Positions 12,914 through 26,016 of a DNA stretch of 64,000 bases are shown here, piece after piece (positions within the stretch are counted from its first letter, which is position 1; the number at the start of each line of letters is the position of its first letter). Below the pieces are notes generated by a model. It saw nothing but the letters and a program-made list of their open reading frames with translations, did no database searches and had not been told where the DNA came from. The stretch spans positions 310,001-374,000 of the forward strand of contig CT868052.1 in assembly GCA_000165425.1 (NCBI GenBank), given 5' to 3'. A program made the position numbers and the translations under genes. This DNA is from Paramecium tetraurelia (Eukaryota).

Positions 12914-13703
12914 TTTGAATATAATTATATAAATATTTCATTCTTAGTAAATATTATTTGTAATATCAAATTCATGGATTCTAAGATTTGATGATTTTTG
13001 ACTACTCTAATACACTTTTACCCAAAAATAAATATCAATTTAAAATTTAAATAATCTATAGGAAGATGGAATATAAATGTTATGTTGTGAATAAAACAAA
13101 GCACTTCAAATATAGAGTGAAAATAGCCTTAATATTCCCATCTATAAGGAAGATACATGTGTGATTTTATAACATCTGAATTTAAAAATTACTTAGCTAA
13201 AATTTTTAAATACCTATGATGCTCGAATCTATCGCATTCATGCTTTGCAACTCATAAATGATTTAGCTATTAAAATGTTTAATCTATTCCTTAATAAATG
13301 CCTCTTGTGAATACAATGTATTGATTCTTTGAACTCTAACTTTATGTGATTTAAGTAATTATTATGCCATGATCTTTCTTTTCATCATAATCTATCTTTA
13401 ATCTATTTATGAAAGAAAATTATAGGTAACTTATTTTCACTAATATAATTATGAGTTTCTACTTTTATGAAATTTACCTTGTTTTAGAAGAATTCTTATT
13501 TCTAAATATATTTGAGATGTGTCAGTCAATTTAAATAATATGCAATTCTATGTTTATTTGTATTAACATGTGAAGTAATGAAATTAAAGAAAATAAACTT
13601 TTCTACAGTATTTTTGATGGTTACTGATTAGGGATGAGAATAAAAATAAATTAAAATCAGTTTATTAATTTAGTGTAACTTCCTTAAATCCTTTAATTAA
13701 ATT

Positions 13704-14612
13704 ATGTAAATAAATAGTAAGTTAAGATTATTTGATATTGCTGTCAATCTTACAGATGACTAATTTTACGGAATGTATCATCATTAGAAATACCATAAAC
13801 CTGATTATAAGGATGTGTTGAAAAGAGCCTCTGATATTGGTTGTGAACATCTATTGATTTCAAGTGGATGTTTGAGTGATTTGAAGAAGACAAGAGAATT
13901 ATGTTAATTGAGTCCAAATTATTATACCACTGCAGGTATTCATCCCTGTCGTGCTTATGAACTTAATAAAGACTATTACGGGTACATGGGAGAATTGAAG
14001 GACCAATTGGAATTGGCACTCAAAGAAAAGAAGCTAGTAGCCATAGGTGAATGTGGATTAGATTATGATAGATTGGGGAGGTCTACTAAGTAAGAATAGA
14101 TGATAGCTTTTGACCCTCATTTTGATTTAGCTGAAAAATATAAATTGCCTATGTATCTCCATAATAGGAATACAAGAGATGATTTTTACGACATAATGTA
14201 GAAGAATAGACATCGAATTGTTGGAGGGGTTGTGCATTCATTTACTGGTCCTTTAGATGAGTTATAAAAGATCTTGCATTTGGATCTTTATGTCGGAGTC
14301 AATGGTTGTTCTTTAAAAACTCAGGAAAATATTAATGTTGCAAAGCAGATCCCTTTGGATAAATTATTGTTAGAGACTGATGCACCATATTGTGAAATTA
14401 AAAGAAACCATCCCTCTAGCAAATATGTTAAAACTCAATTCTAGGCTCAATTTAATGAAAAATGGAAAGAAGGACAACTAGTCAAGAGTAGAAATGAACC
14501 TTGTAAAATAATATAAGTACTTGAAGTGATGTCTGAATTGTTGAAAGTTGATTAGGAGAAATTGTCAGAAATCTGCTTTTAAAATACTTTAAAGTGTTTT
14601 GGGCTGGCATGA
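13704..14612 (+). CDS. TATDN1: TatD-family DNase (TATDN1-like), intronless, 302 aa
   Basis: FDIAVNLTD, TAGIHP, VAIGECGLDYDR, LPMYLHNR, GVVHSFTG, LLETDAPYC, RNEP. Confidence 0.95.
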
Positions 14613-14632
14613 TATTAATATCTATAAATTAA

Positions 14633-15521
14633 ATGTATTTTATATAAAAATAACATATTCCCAAAGCTCTCAGTTTTATTTAAGCTGTAGAATTCCTTGC
14701 TGAGTACTTAGGTAAATCATCTGAAAGTATTAATTTATTTCTAATAAAGAGCGAATTTATACGTATTTCTTGGCCCTGGAAGTATTGAAATTACTTGTAA
14801 AACTAAGAAAATGGGCTTTGGTAGATAAGTGTGGGCTAATGATTTCAGAGAATAACAACTATTCTGAAACAGATTATTAAGAGGATGAGGCTGCCATACA
14901 ATTCCAACAAAATTTGGGGTCTCTGGAATATAATCCATCAGCTGTCAATGAAAAATCAATAAAAGATGAACTCAAATCAATCAAAGATCCGATTCCCAAA
15001 TTCAATCTAGGCTATTATGATGTGATCCAAGATAAATAAACTTCTCTATTAACAATGCTGCCAATTCCAAATAATGTGAAGTAGAAAGATTATTAATCCA
15101 AACTAAATTAACTAAGAGTATTATGTCATTTGCAATGATTAGATTTAAATTGGAGAAATCCTGCATCTCTTTCGTCCATTAATATATTGTGCACTGATTC
15201 TTAAATATGGTGGAGATAGTTATACACCATATTTTATCTCATTCTTTATTGATATATTAAGGTTACTTATAGAATTCAGAATTAAAATCTATAGAAAAAG
15301 CCAGAAAGAAGAACTCGCAATCAGAGCCAAAGAGGCTATAGTATATATACATCTATATTATTAAGATCTGCTATATTTTAAGAAATCCATTCTATGGATC
15401 AATTGTGAAGCAAATAATCTTAAGCAATACTTTAGGGAAGGTATTTAACCAATAAGGATGGATTTATAGACTAATAATTGCATTGATTGAGTTAAGATCC
15501 TCAAAATGTCTTTTATTGTGA
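14633..15521 (+). CDS. Hypothetical protein
   Basis: Code-6 reading frame with tiny GT-AG introns, from ATG 20 nt after the TatD stop to TGA 15519-15521. Confidence 0.55.
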
Positions 15522-15847
15522 TGTTATAATTGTTTTATAATAAATATTTTATCAAATATTCCTAAAATTAAAAATAAAAAGAATCTAATCAATAATCTCT
15601 CTCTTATTTGAAATAAAGTTGAAATTGAGTCAATCTAAATAAATAAGAATCTCTAAGATTTTAATATTACTATTTATACATTTAAACTTGTAAGAAAAAA
15701 GAATGTAACTATATATAAACCTTATTGTCTTACAAATCTTTAGGATAATTTGGAAGTTGTTTCACTCCAAATTAAGGGATTATTATTGTAAATTTTGAAA
15801 AGCAGACATTTATTTGATTTTTTTGTGTTATAATATTAATGATTAGA

Positions 15848-17769
15848 TCATTCTTTGAGCCATTTACCAATAAACTTTTCTAATAATTTAAAAGTAAGGA
15901 AAGAGGATTCCTTAAACTTTTCAAAGAACCCAATGCATTCGTACCAATCATCTAATGTTGATGTTTCAGCTCCACAAATGAAAAAGCTTTTAGTACTCTT
16001 TTTAAGGAATAAATTTTTGAGGTCTCTAAGTTATATAGAAGAAATAATTTACTTAAGGTGTTATTTATATAAAACTTCGCTTCCTGTTGAATAGCTGTAG
16101 ATATATTTCTTTAATAATTCATCGTCATGTGCTAATCTATATGGGAGTGATGAAACATGGACCAATGATGCACTTTCTAATCCATAGTATTCTAAGAAAT
16201 GATATGCAACTTCCCAATTCAGGATTGCATTTTATCCATCCTTATTGGCTTTGGCTAGATCTAATCTGTATTAGACATAATCTTAAACTTGGTTATTTTT
16301 GCCATTGAATTAAAAGACTCTAAATGAGGGATTTTAATATGAAAATGTAGTTCCAGAAGGAGCAATAAACAAAGTCTTAACATATCTACCATCAATTTTA
16401 GATCTTATATGTTAAACATGATCCTAATGAGTATGTCCTTGATTTATAGTAAATAACAATACCATAAAAGATTCCAGTCACAACATGTTCGAATCTCTCA
16501 ATTACAACACTAAATCTGTCAGCCCATAAAGAATTACAAAAAGTATCACCAGGTGGAATATGAGCAAAGATCACAGCAAATTAATGTTTGGCTTCTGAGT
16601 CTTTGAGTTCAGAGATTAACCATTTGAGCATTCCTCTTGGATCTGTGATGCCATCCATTAAATGGAAGTTGAGTAAATCACAAGTTTGAGAGTTCAAGGC
16701 AATGAATTTGAGATTTCTTGATTCCTCCACCTAAGAATAGTAGCCATTTCTTCTTAATTGATAGTATGCATCTTGTGTTAAGTATTGTTTCCACATGTCA
16801 GCCACTTCATCTCTTAGCCATTATGTAGCCTCTCCGATCATATCATATTGATCAGCTGGGTAACCCTCATGATTTCCATAGATTGCATACAATTATGAAT
16901 TTGGTATTTGCTTCTTGATTTCTTCAGTAATCATTTTCGTAGGTAGTGTTTGATTCCACTATTATTGATGCCAAACATCATGTGATGTGCTATCTCCTGT
17001 CCAAATGATGAAATCTGGCTTGATTTTCTCTCCTGTGAATTTTATCAGATCTTATATTGTTCTAAATGGCAAATCACATTGTGCATAAGTTCCCCAATAT
17101 TAAGCCCCTTTGCTTGGATCTTTTGGTTTTCCATTCTCATCCCTGCAACAGAAGGGGGCTCCACAAAAGGCATTAGCTCCAACTGAATATTCTACGTCAA
17201 TGTGTAAATCTGCAAATTAAGCAATTGTGAAATCTTCTTAATTTAAAACGTTTTCTTCAGCCAGCACTTGCCATTGTCTTTGTTCTTCTCTTGAGAGCTT
17301 GTCTGACATGACTTCGTTTATATAATCCTTAATTGTTTATGGTTCATGTTCCAATTTACAGGCTCCTAAATTCTGACATGCATTTGAAGGTGCTAGGTAA
17401 TTGCTATATATAATTAATGAGCAAAATACTTCAAAAAATGTACAGAGAATTAATCGATGAATGTCTAATTGATTCCTTCACAAAAGGCTGCATCTTTAAA
17501 TTTTGGACAAAGAAGTGTCCATTCTTTTTTAATTGTTGATAAGAGAATGGTTGATGAAAACTTTTGAACCTACTTCATCATTAATTTACATGGTAAACAA
17601 AGTAAGTGTAATCTATGATAGATAATATAAATTAGTACTCATGAGGCATTTCTATACCAGCATAATCAACTATCTTGGTTAATATTTCCCTTTTCATCAG
17701 TTCTTCACCCATGTCTATTGTATTGGCAACACAAAACAAAAGTGCTAAGATCACGAATACATTTCTCAT
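15848..17769 (-). CDS. Acid sphingomyelinase-like metallophosphoesterase with signal peptide
   Basis: ADLHID, CGAPFCCR, YWGTYAQCDLP, IIWTGD..SHD, GNHEGYP, FAHIPPG, FYGHTH. Confidence 0.93.
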
Positions 17770-17836
17770 ATTTATAAATGATTTGAAAAAATTACGTAAT
17801 ATATTTTAAGGGAAAAAAATGTATTCATTGTTAATT

Positions 17837-19000
17837 TCAATCTTTTTTCTCAAATTGTGAGATGCATATTGCAAATCCTTGTAAAATAGATAACGGATGA
17901 CTGATATCAACTGAATAAGTCTTTTTTGCACATTTTCCAAATTGTAATACAAACTTATTTTTATCTGTGCAATTGATATCATGAATTATACAATTCTTTA
18001 CAGAGGGCATAGTCACTCTATCACTGAATTACAATTGATATATCTTCTTTTCATTATTGTAAATTGGTATCTTATTCATAAAATGCATAATTTGATCCTT
18101 ATATTGTAATGAATGATAGGCTTTCAATAATCCATCTGTATCATTCAATGGTTTGAATTCACAAGGTTATCCATCTTTGATTTTTGGTACAATCACACTC
18201 TGTCTAATCTAACCAGTCTATTTGGAATTTTGGAAATTGATTAAACACAATTCCTTCCTTACTTTGTCTAAGAACTTGGCATCTTTTGGATTATCACCAG
18301 TGTCAAACAATCTAAATACCCCACGATATCCTTTTAGCTTACCCAAACAAGACTTGTGTTTCCTATCAAATTTATCTGGGAGTATGGATAAAACATAATG
18401 AATTTATTAACTGAAAGCCTATCGTTTTGCTGAACATAAAAATCTATTGGGTTAACCACTCAAATACAATAGGTATTTATGATGAAACTTGTTTGTTCCA
18501 CTTTTATCCTTGATGATTGTCAGTTATATCTAATGCTCTAATAAAATAATTCAAAATATCTTTTTACATTAGTCGATCGGTTTTTGCAAGAATTCTTTCA
18601 TATCCACAATTAAATTAGGTCGATATATAATTTAAGCCTATTACTCTTATCTTTCAGTCATAGTATCAATCTATTAAACCTATTAGTCTTAATTGTTTTG
18701 TTTATTTTCATCCCTCCAACTCTAAAAGTCTTCCTCGCAATGCATACTCCCAAATTTGGCTATGTTGTCAGGCTCATCTTCTGGTTTAAATTAAACCATC
18801 TCTTCGATCACATTTTCTATAATTCCTTCTTACTTCAAGACCTACTTTTATTCTTCAAACGGGTATTGTATTGATTATAACTTGTCATTGGAAGTATTGA
18901 TTATTTCTTCTTCCTTATCTTCAAATTGATCGAAATTAATTATTTCATCATTATTTTCAGACTAGATCTCATCATCATTTTATTCGTATTGATTTAACAT
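17837..19000 (-). CDS. Tubby C-terminal domain protein
   Basis: FLCSAKR, FRLFDTGDNP, NKIPIYN...YQLQFSDRVTMPSVKN, LQFGK, DISHPLSILQGFAICISQFE; span is a multiple of 3 (apparently intronless). Confidence 0.88.
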
Positions 19001-19179
19001 TATTTAATTAATTATAGTTGAATTGATATTGAATGATTATATTTTTACAAATCATAATCCTCATTACCCTCAATATTTATTTCTTTTTGAATACAAAAAG
19101 TAGAAGAATATTCAAAGATAGTGAGGGCTCATTTTTTATGAAATTTTAAATATAAATAATCTAAATTACAATTCTAACA

Positions 19180-19923
19180 TCAATCAAATCCTAAGTATAA
19201 TTGTTCCCCATAATTTTCTCCAAATGGCCGAGCTTCTTATTCAAAACTAGCTGTAAAATACATATCATCCTCTTTATTATTGTTATCTATTTTAATTGTA
19301 TCCTATTTTATTAGATTTTAACCTATTTCAAAATCTTAAGTAAGCAATTAATCTAACTTCCCCTTTATATACTTGGCTTTCATTTCCTCTAGTTTAATCC
19401 TTTTTAACTATTTTTTTGTAGTAGACCTTTCGCATTCCTTCTCCTTTAGAGAATCTTGGAATTACTTATGTTTTTATACTTAACATTTAGAAAGTACCCC
19501 TTTTTCTAAGAGAATTTATCGTATTTTTAATTTAAGATTTTGTTCTTTAATAAATTTATCCATCCATGCCTTGGATGCTTTAAATGATTCAATATTAAAT
19601 ATTTTAATTGCTTATTCCTTAATTTGGTTTCTACTTATTTTCTTGCCTAATTTCCTAGTTTCATCCAATATCCATTCCTCTAATCTGATTATACCTTCGG
19701 GATTAATTTTTTTTCTTCCACATCCTCCTTTTCTCATATAACCCTAATTAAACCATCTCCTTAAATTGCGTGTTGTTGTGTCAAATTTTTTGCTAAGTAA
19801 AACGAAATTTTCTTGACTAGGATCATTCAATAATTCTTCCAAAGCCTCCTTTTTTTGATTGGTACCCAGAACTTTATATGAATGAATCTTCCTTTCTTTC
19901 TTATTAATATTTTGGGCGACCAT
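19180..19923 (-). CDS. CENP-B/pogo-type double HTH DNA-binding protein without transposase catalytic domain
   Basis: LSKKFDTTTRNLRRW (HTH1), RKGGCGRKK linker, LEEWI...ISRNQIKEQAIKIF..FKASKAWMDKFIKEQNL (HTH_Tnp_Tc5/CENP-B-like); about 240 aa. Confidence 0.82.
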
Positions 19924-20265
19924 ACTTTATAATTTGTTTTTCAACTTTTAATTAATTAGATATTTTTGTAGTGTATTATTTATAATTAATAATTATTCTA
20001 AGGATAATTTAATAGTGTCAATTAATTTAATTAATATTTCATATGATATTTAAAATTAATAAATTGGTTCAACCAATTTTAGAAAAAATAAATTTTATGA
20101 TTATAACGATTGTAGAAACAGAAGGTTGATTAAAAATGAATATACTATTTGAATATTATAAATATGCTGTTAAACTTTAGATTACTATAAAATATAGTTA
20201 AACAAAAAATAAATAAATATTTAGAATGAAAAATTAATTAAAAGTTTTTAAATAATAACTTTGAC

Positions 20266-22367
20266 TCAATTTGAATTAACAATAGTGGTCATAGTTCTTT
20301 TAATGTTTTTGATTGGCATTCTAGGGGTTTCTTTCCTTGGTGATTGTCTATTAGAACCTCTACTTGATTTTTATTATTAATCTTTTTCTCTATCTCTATC
20401 TTTTTCTTATTAATTTGGTTAAATAAGTTCTTTCAAATTCAATGAGTTCAGTAAATCACTTAATCTTCTCGGCTTCGGTAAAAAGAGACTTTATTTTTAA
20501 GGTCTTAAACATATTTAATCTATTTTCTCTTTAATTTCAGTGAGATGATCTTTATGAATTTGTTTTTTGAATGTTACTTTTAATTGAGACTTTATTGGTT
20601 TTTCAACAACTACATCCTACTACCCAAATTATTAGGCTGATATAGGATCTAGTTCAATTACTAGCAGATCACTTTTTAGAAAACCTGAATAATTACAACC
20701 TCCAAAAACGTATAACTTTGAATCGATACAAGCAGCACTGTGTCCACATCTGCCTGCAACTTAAGACCCTTTAATTTCCACACTGATCCAAGTCAAAGAT
20801 TTCATGTCAAGCAAATGAATATCATTTAAAAACCCATTTATATTAAGATCATCGTTCTTGCCTCCATAAATAACTATGACTTGATACTACTCTAAATAAT
20901 TCATAGAATGTTAACAACGACCAACTATGTATAGGATCAGATAATTTACTGGGTGAAAGTCCTTTAGTCTATACTTGTTCAAAATTGATAGGTTTAGCAG
21001 TGATATCAATTTTAATAAGTTTGTCTAGGTAATGGCCATTCTTATCAAAGCCGCCGAAGATAAAAACTCCCTAATAATTAAACTTAACTTCAGGATCATT
21101 TTTATATAATTCTATTTAAGTGTTATGGAAGACTGCACAAGACTTGTGGAATGCAACTCCATCGGGAAAGCATACATGTTGTTCTGTTAAGACTTATGAC
21201 CATCTTTGAGTGACTATATCATAGGCAATTACATCTCTTAAATATTAACCCTTGAGATCAATCCCTCCTTAGACAATCATATTTCTTCCAATGACTTCGG
21301 CTATATGACATTTTCGAGGAGGTATGATTCCTGTTTACTTTAAAACTTTAAGTTCGTTGGTAACTGATATTGTTGAATTTTATTACTTAGATTTACTATT
21401 TTAATGTCACTGGTTATTTCACTGCTTATTCGTTTATCATTGATAACCTAGTGCACTTCACCACCAAAGATGATCATGAAATTCCTATAGATTGCTGCTG
21501 AATGATTTCCTCTATAACCATTAGATGACTTTTCGTCCAGTTTAATTTGATTCCATTTATATTTTTCTACAATTTTATTAATACCTTACGTTTGTCAATG
21601 TTAGCGTAACAAAAGTCCTCTGCTTGCTTAGATCCTGCTCCTCCGTATAAATATAATTTATGATCATATGAGAGCATTGTACTAGCATTTCTTGAGCATG
21701 GCTACCAATTTAAATTTGTATCTTTGTAGATGTACACACATTGTTTCTTTATTTTAATTTCGTTGATTAACGATTCATTTAATCTCCTCTATAATTGTTC
21801 AGCATCCTTACTTTTAGTTATTAATTCGCTTTGATTGCCTTACCTTATCTGTTTGCGTATTTATTCAATTCTCTATAGGTCTTAATATTGCATTGAAGGA
21901 TATGATTTGACTCCTGGACTTTTTGATTATATTTTCTGAAAGTATTTTCTAACTTCCTCAATTTGTGTTTCTTCTTGCTTCTTGTATTTTTCTTTGATTT
22001 GCCTAAAAGTGTCTCTATTGTGTATTAATTGCATTTTTCTAGAAGTGTAATATTTTGGCTGATCTTACTATTCCTCAGTAAATAAGGACTGACTATAATT
22101 GTTCCACATCCGTTTAGATTGTAATAAAGAGCGTTTCAATTCGCTAACAGCCCCTTAATTGAGTTCTTTAAACCCTAAAAATTGGGTAAGATCATTGTCT
22201 GGCAATTGTTGCAAGAGATCAATATTACTATCTAAAGCTACCTATTCAAATTTTTCCAGAGGCAATGGGCTCAATTTTGTGTTTGCTTATTTGTACTTTT
22301 TTAAGAGTAGACCAATATCGACTGATCCACTTGAATTTGTACTTAAGCGATGCTATTCACTCTACAT
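20266..22367 (-). CDS. Kelch-repeat protein
   Basis: Repeated LYGG, IFGG, VQGG, IYGG and VFGG blades with R.xH/PRxxH motifs (e.g. GRCGHSAA). Confidence 0.88.
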
Positions 22368-22862
22368 TTATTTATAATTGCATTATAAAAACAACAATGA
22401 TTTCGATTGTAAATTATTTATTATTCACTCCTATTATTTCTTTAAGAGCTTATAGATGGATACGTATTACAAATATTTTAATAATAATCTATTCTTTGAT
22501 AGGTTCCATATTATAGATAGAGGTACTTTTAAAAAAGATTGGTAAGATGTAATTTAATTTTAATAAATTGGCTTAGAAAAAAGATTTTGTTATAAATGTG
22601 AAACAATATTTGAACATACAATGTCGGTTTGAAATACTATTCTAAATCTAACATGATTTTGGATTAATTATTTTATGAAAGAATTTGTTTTTGAAAAACA
22701 TTCATAGTTTGAACTGTAATAATAAAAATGAAAGAATAATTGATTATGACGATCTTATTCGGCTAAAACTGTTAAAAACTATTAGATTAATATTTAATCA
22801 CATTTTTTATTCATAGAATAATTTAAACAAAAAAAATACAATTTAGAAAACATTAAAACAAT

Positions 22863-23252
22863 ATGAATCAAAATAATAGAGTAGATTAATTGGATAGTCT
22901 TGAAACTGATGAAGAACTTGATTTTTAAGAGTTTGAAAGACCATAATTAGTTCGAAGAAATGGAATGATAAATTCAATATCAGAATGTAAGGGTTATATC
23001 ATATTGGATAAACCAGTTGAGAATATATTCCAAGAAGAATAATGTCCAATTTGTTTGGAGTCGTCAGAATAGCTATATCCTTTGAAATGTGGACATACTT
23101 ACTGTTAAAATGATATAGAATATATGATTGATATTTCTAAATAGTCTAACGGCTTATTCTAATGCCCGATTTGCAGAGCTTATTAAACTCTAGATTAATA
23201 TGATGAAGTTTATCATTTGAAAAAACAAAATCTGACGAATTGCACAAATTGA
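22863..23252 (+). CDS. Small RING-finger protein (129 aa)
   Basis: CPICL...LKCGHTYCQND...CPICR; intronless frame. Confidence 0.8.
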
Positions 23253-23447
23253 TAAAATAAAACTAAAATTTAAATGTTAACATCTATAAAATATTATATA
23301 TAAATAAAATAAATATTCTCATCAAAAACATTATGAATAATAAAATGATTATTCTTATCAAAATAAAAATTAAAGTCTTACTATCAGGAATGTTTTAATA
23401 GAAATTGTGATTCTAAATTTAATTTATCCTCATTGAGGGGTTATTGT

Positions 23448-23476
23448 ACTTCCATGATATGAAATATTGTGGAAGT
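23448..23476 (+). other. 13-bp inverted repeat (hairpin) in intergenic DNA
   Basis: acttccatgatat-gaa-atattgtggaagt: 11 Watson-Crick pairs plus 2 G-U pairs. Confidence 0.6.
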
Positions 23477-23530
23477 GACTTTTTAGATTTTTTATTAAGC
23501 TCATTAATATATATAATTACAAATTATATA

Positions 23531-24667
23531 ATGCAATCCTCTCAAGAAAGTAGGACGTTTCAATGCAATTTGTGTTCAACCCATGTACCACAGATATGTT
23601 AGGAAGTACATAATGTAAAATGTACTATGAAAAATCTTCAAGAAACAACTTTAAGAAATCAATTGAATGAATAATCATAGATTCCACAACAATAAAATTT
23701 CCCATAATAAATTGTAACGAAATTAATATGATTCTTTTAGAATTTTACAGAAAAAGCAAACAACTAATAACAATTTTAGTAAACAACGAATAGCTCACAA
23801 TAGTTTAGAATTGGCATAATTTCTTAATAGAATTAATAAAATATTTCTAGTATAATTTAGTCAGGTACATTGAACGCAGCGAATAATGTTACAAGATAAA
23901 TTGTATAATCTAACGCTACTTAAGAATAATAACCTGCATAAACTCAATAATTTTAAATTAGTAGAATATCATAGTAAACTACTAGTAGCAATATTTCAAA
24001 TCAATAATTTTAAAGGTTTCTTGAACTTCAAAGGTCAAGACAGCCATAAAACTAATAAACGAATACTCTATTTAGAACTAATTATGGGTAATAACAATAG
24101 CCTGTTTAGTAGGCGTAATTTCCTCAATAATAACCTAGTTTCATCTAAATTACTAATAATATCATGACACCAACTCCAAATATTTCTTAAATTTAATAAG
24201 CTCCTCGTTTTTAATAAGTTACTCGTTCCCCACCCTAATTTAATTTTTCAAGGAGTAGTTCTATTTTATAAACTGCTAATTTTACTTAAAGGACATAAAA
24301 CATTGTTCCAAGCGATGATTCAAGTAATGAAGATGAGGAAATACATGAAGTGAGTGGATTAAATAATTTTGACTTATTAAAGAACTATACAGATGAGGAA
24401 GTGAATTAAATGAATGATGAATAATTCTATCAATACTTTATACATAAACAAATTATGGAGAATCATTTGGATGAGCCTGACATATAGATATAAAGAGTGA
24501 TGGAATAATAAAATGAATTTGATAATCAATGTGTGATTTGTTAGGAAACCATAAAGAGTGAAGAGGAAACTATGGTTTTAGTTTGCGAACATAAATTTCA
24601 CGAAGCTTGCATATCCAATTGGATTAGTTGTAAATCAACTTGCCCTATATGTAAAACAAGGATTTGA
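23531..24667 (+). CDS. RING-H2 E3 ligase-like protein with N-terminal C2HC finger and Gln-rich middle
   Basis: CNLC...H...C at N-terminus; CVICQE...CEHKFHEACISNW...TCPICK at C-terminus. Confidence 0.87.
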
Positions 24668-24749
24668 TGGAAAATATTTGATAAAAATTAATTATTTATT
24701 GGCTTTTAGAAATACAATATAATAATAATTATTATTTGAATATATATAC

Positions 24750-25935
24750 ATGCAATAAGAGGCTCCAGAAGTGCAAACTATTTTTGAAGAATTGCTCAAA
24801 CCAGTATTGGAGAGAATTGAAGTTTTGAAAGAAAAAGATCAATCAAATGAGTTATAGATCAAAAATCTATTTGACCAAATGAGTGAATTGAAAACTTTAA
24901 TAGGAAACCTAAAACCAATAAAAGAAGAAGAAAAGAGTAATATTAAATAGTATGTAATAGAAATTGTCAAATAAGAGCCAAAAAAGGAAAATCACTAAAA
25001 TAATGGTATTTGAAATCAATATATTCCCACCACATAATTAGATGTTAAAAAGGTTGAACGTCCATCTACTGCTGCAAATTCTAAAAACCCAGCACCCGCA
25101 AAAGTAAAAGATCCCAAGCCTGTAACTGCCCCTAAACCTTTAAGTCAAAGTACAATTGTTGAAAAGACAACAACACCTGTTGATATCGAAAAAAGTATTT
25201 AAACTTAAATCATCTTTTTGTATAGACTAACCCAAATCTCCAAAGGAAGGAAACCAAAATAAAACTAAATAATAATAGTAACCATAACAACAACCACCAT
25301 AACCTAAACCAAAACCTGTAGTTTAACCATAATAAAAATAATAATAGATCAAAGAAACTAAAGAAACAAAGGAAACTAAAGAATAAGCAGTCAAATAGCC
25401 ACCTTAATAAAAAGAAGAAAAAAAGGTTGAAAAATAACCACCCAAACCAAAAACTGCTTAACCAGCGCAACCTGTTTAACCAGAAAAAAAAGAAGATAAA
25501 AAAGATACCAAAAAAACAGACAATAAAGCTTCACATAAATAGAATGTAAAACAACCTGAATAGAAAGCAACAGATAAAAAGTCTGATGATAAAAAGATTG
25601 TGAAAAAAGGAAAGCAAACTGAGGATACTTAAAATAAAACTGAATAATAATAAACAGATGAATAATTTTAACAATAATAATAAAATCTAGTTAAGACTTA
25701 GAATAATAGTGAATAGAAATAATAAGATGAATAACCATAGTAATAATAAGTTGAAAAAAAAGAATTCATTGAAACATAAACTGAAGCTCCTGAACCTTAG
25801 AATATTGATGAACCAAAGGAGTCATCAGAATAATAATAGCAAAATTAGGATTAATTCGTTGAGAATCAACAAATCTAAGAAGTTAATAACATTTAGCCAG
25901 AACAAATTGAAAATCAAGAATAAGAAGTAGCTTGA
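24750..25935 (+). CDS. Hypothetical Gln/Lys/Pro/Glu-rich protein with N-terminal coiled coil
   Basis: MQQEAPEVQTIFEELLKPVLERIEVLK...; TAA/TAG-rich low-complexity frame to TGA 25933-25935. Confidence 0.7.
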
Positions 25936-26016
25936 TGTTATATGAATATGCATTAAATTTTAACAATTGGTAAATATGCAAAATGACAATCATTTCTTCT
26001 TCTTGATTGATAAGAA

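Noticed and set aside
19000..20260. Intact pogo/Tc1 transposon
   Set aside because: No DDE domain, no terminal inverted repeats seen, and the gene has a host-type intron.
22457..22635. Tiny spliced gene containing a CYKC motif
   Set aside because: It needs an atypically long first intron and yields only a very short peptide.
23430..23450. AACCCC on the - strand as a telomerase RNA template or telomere seed
   Set aside because: Single hexamer, without the CAACCCCAA-type template context or tandem telomeric repeats.
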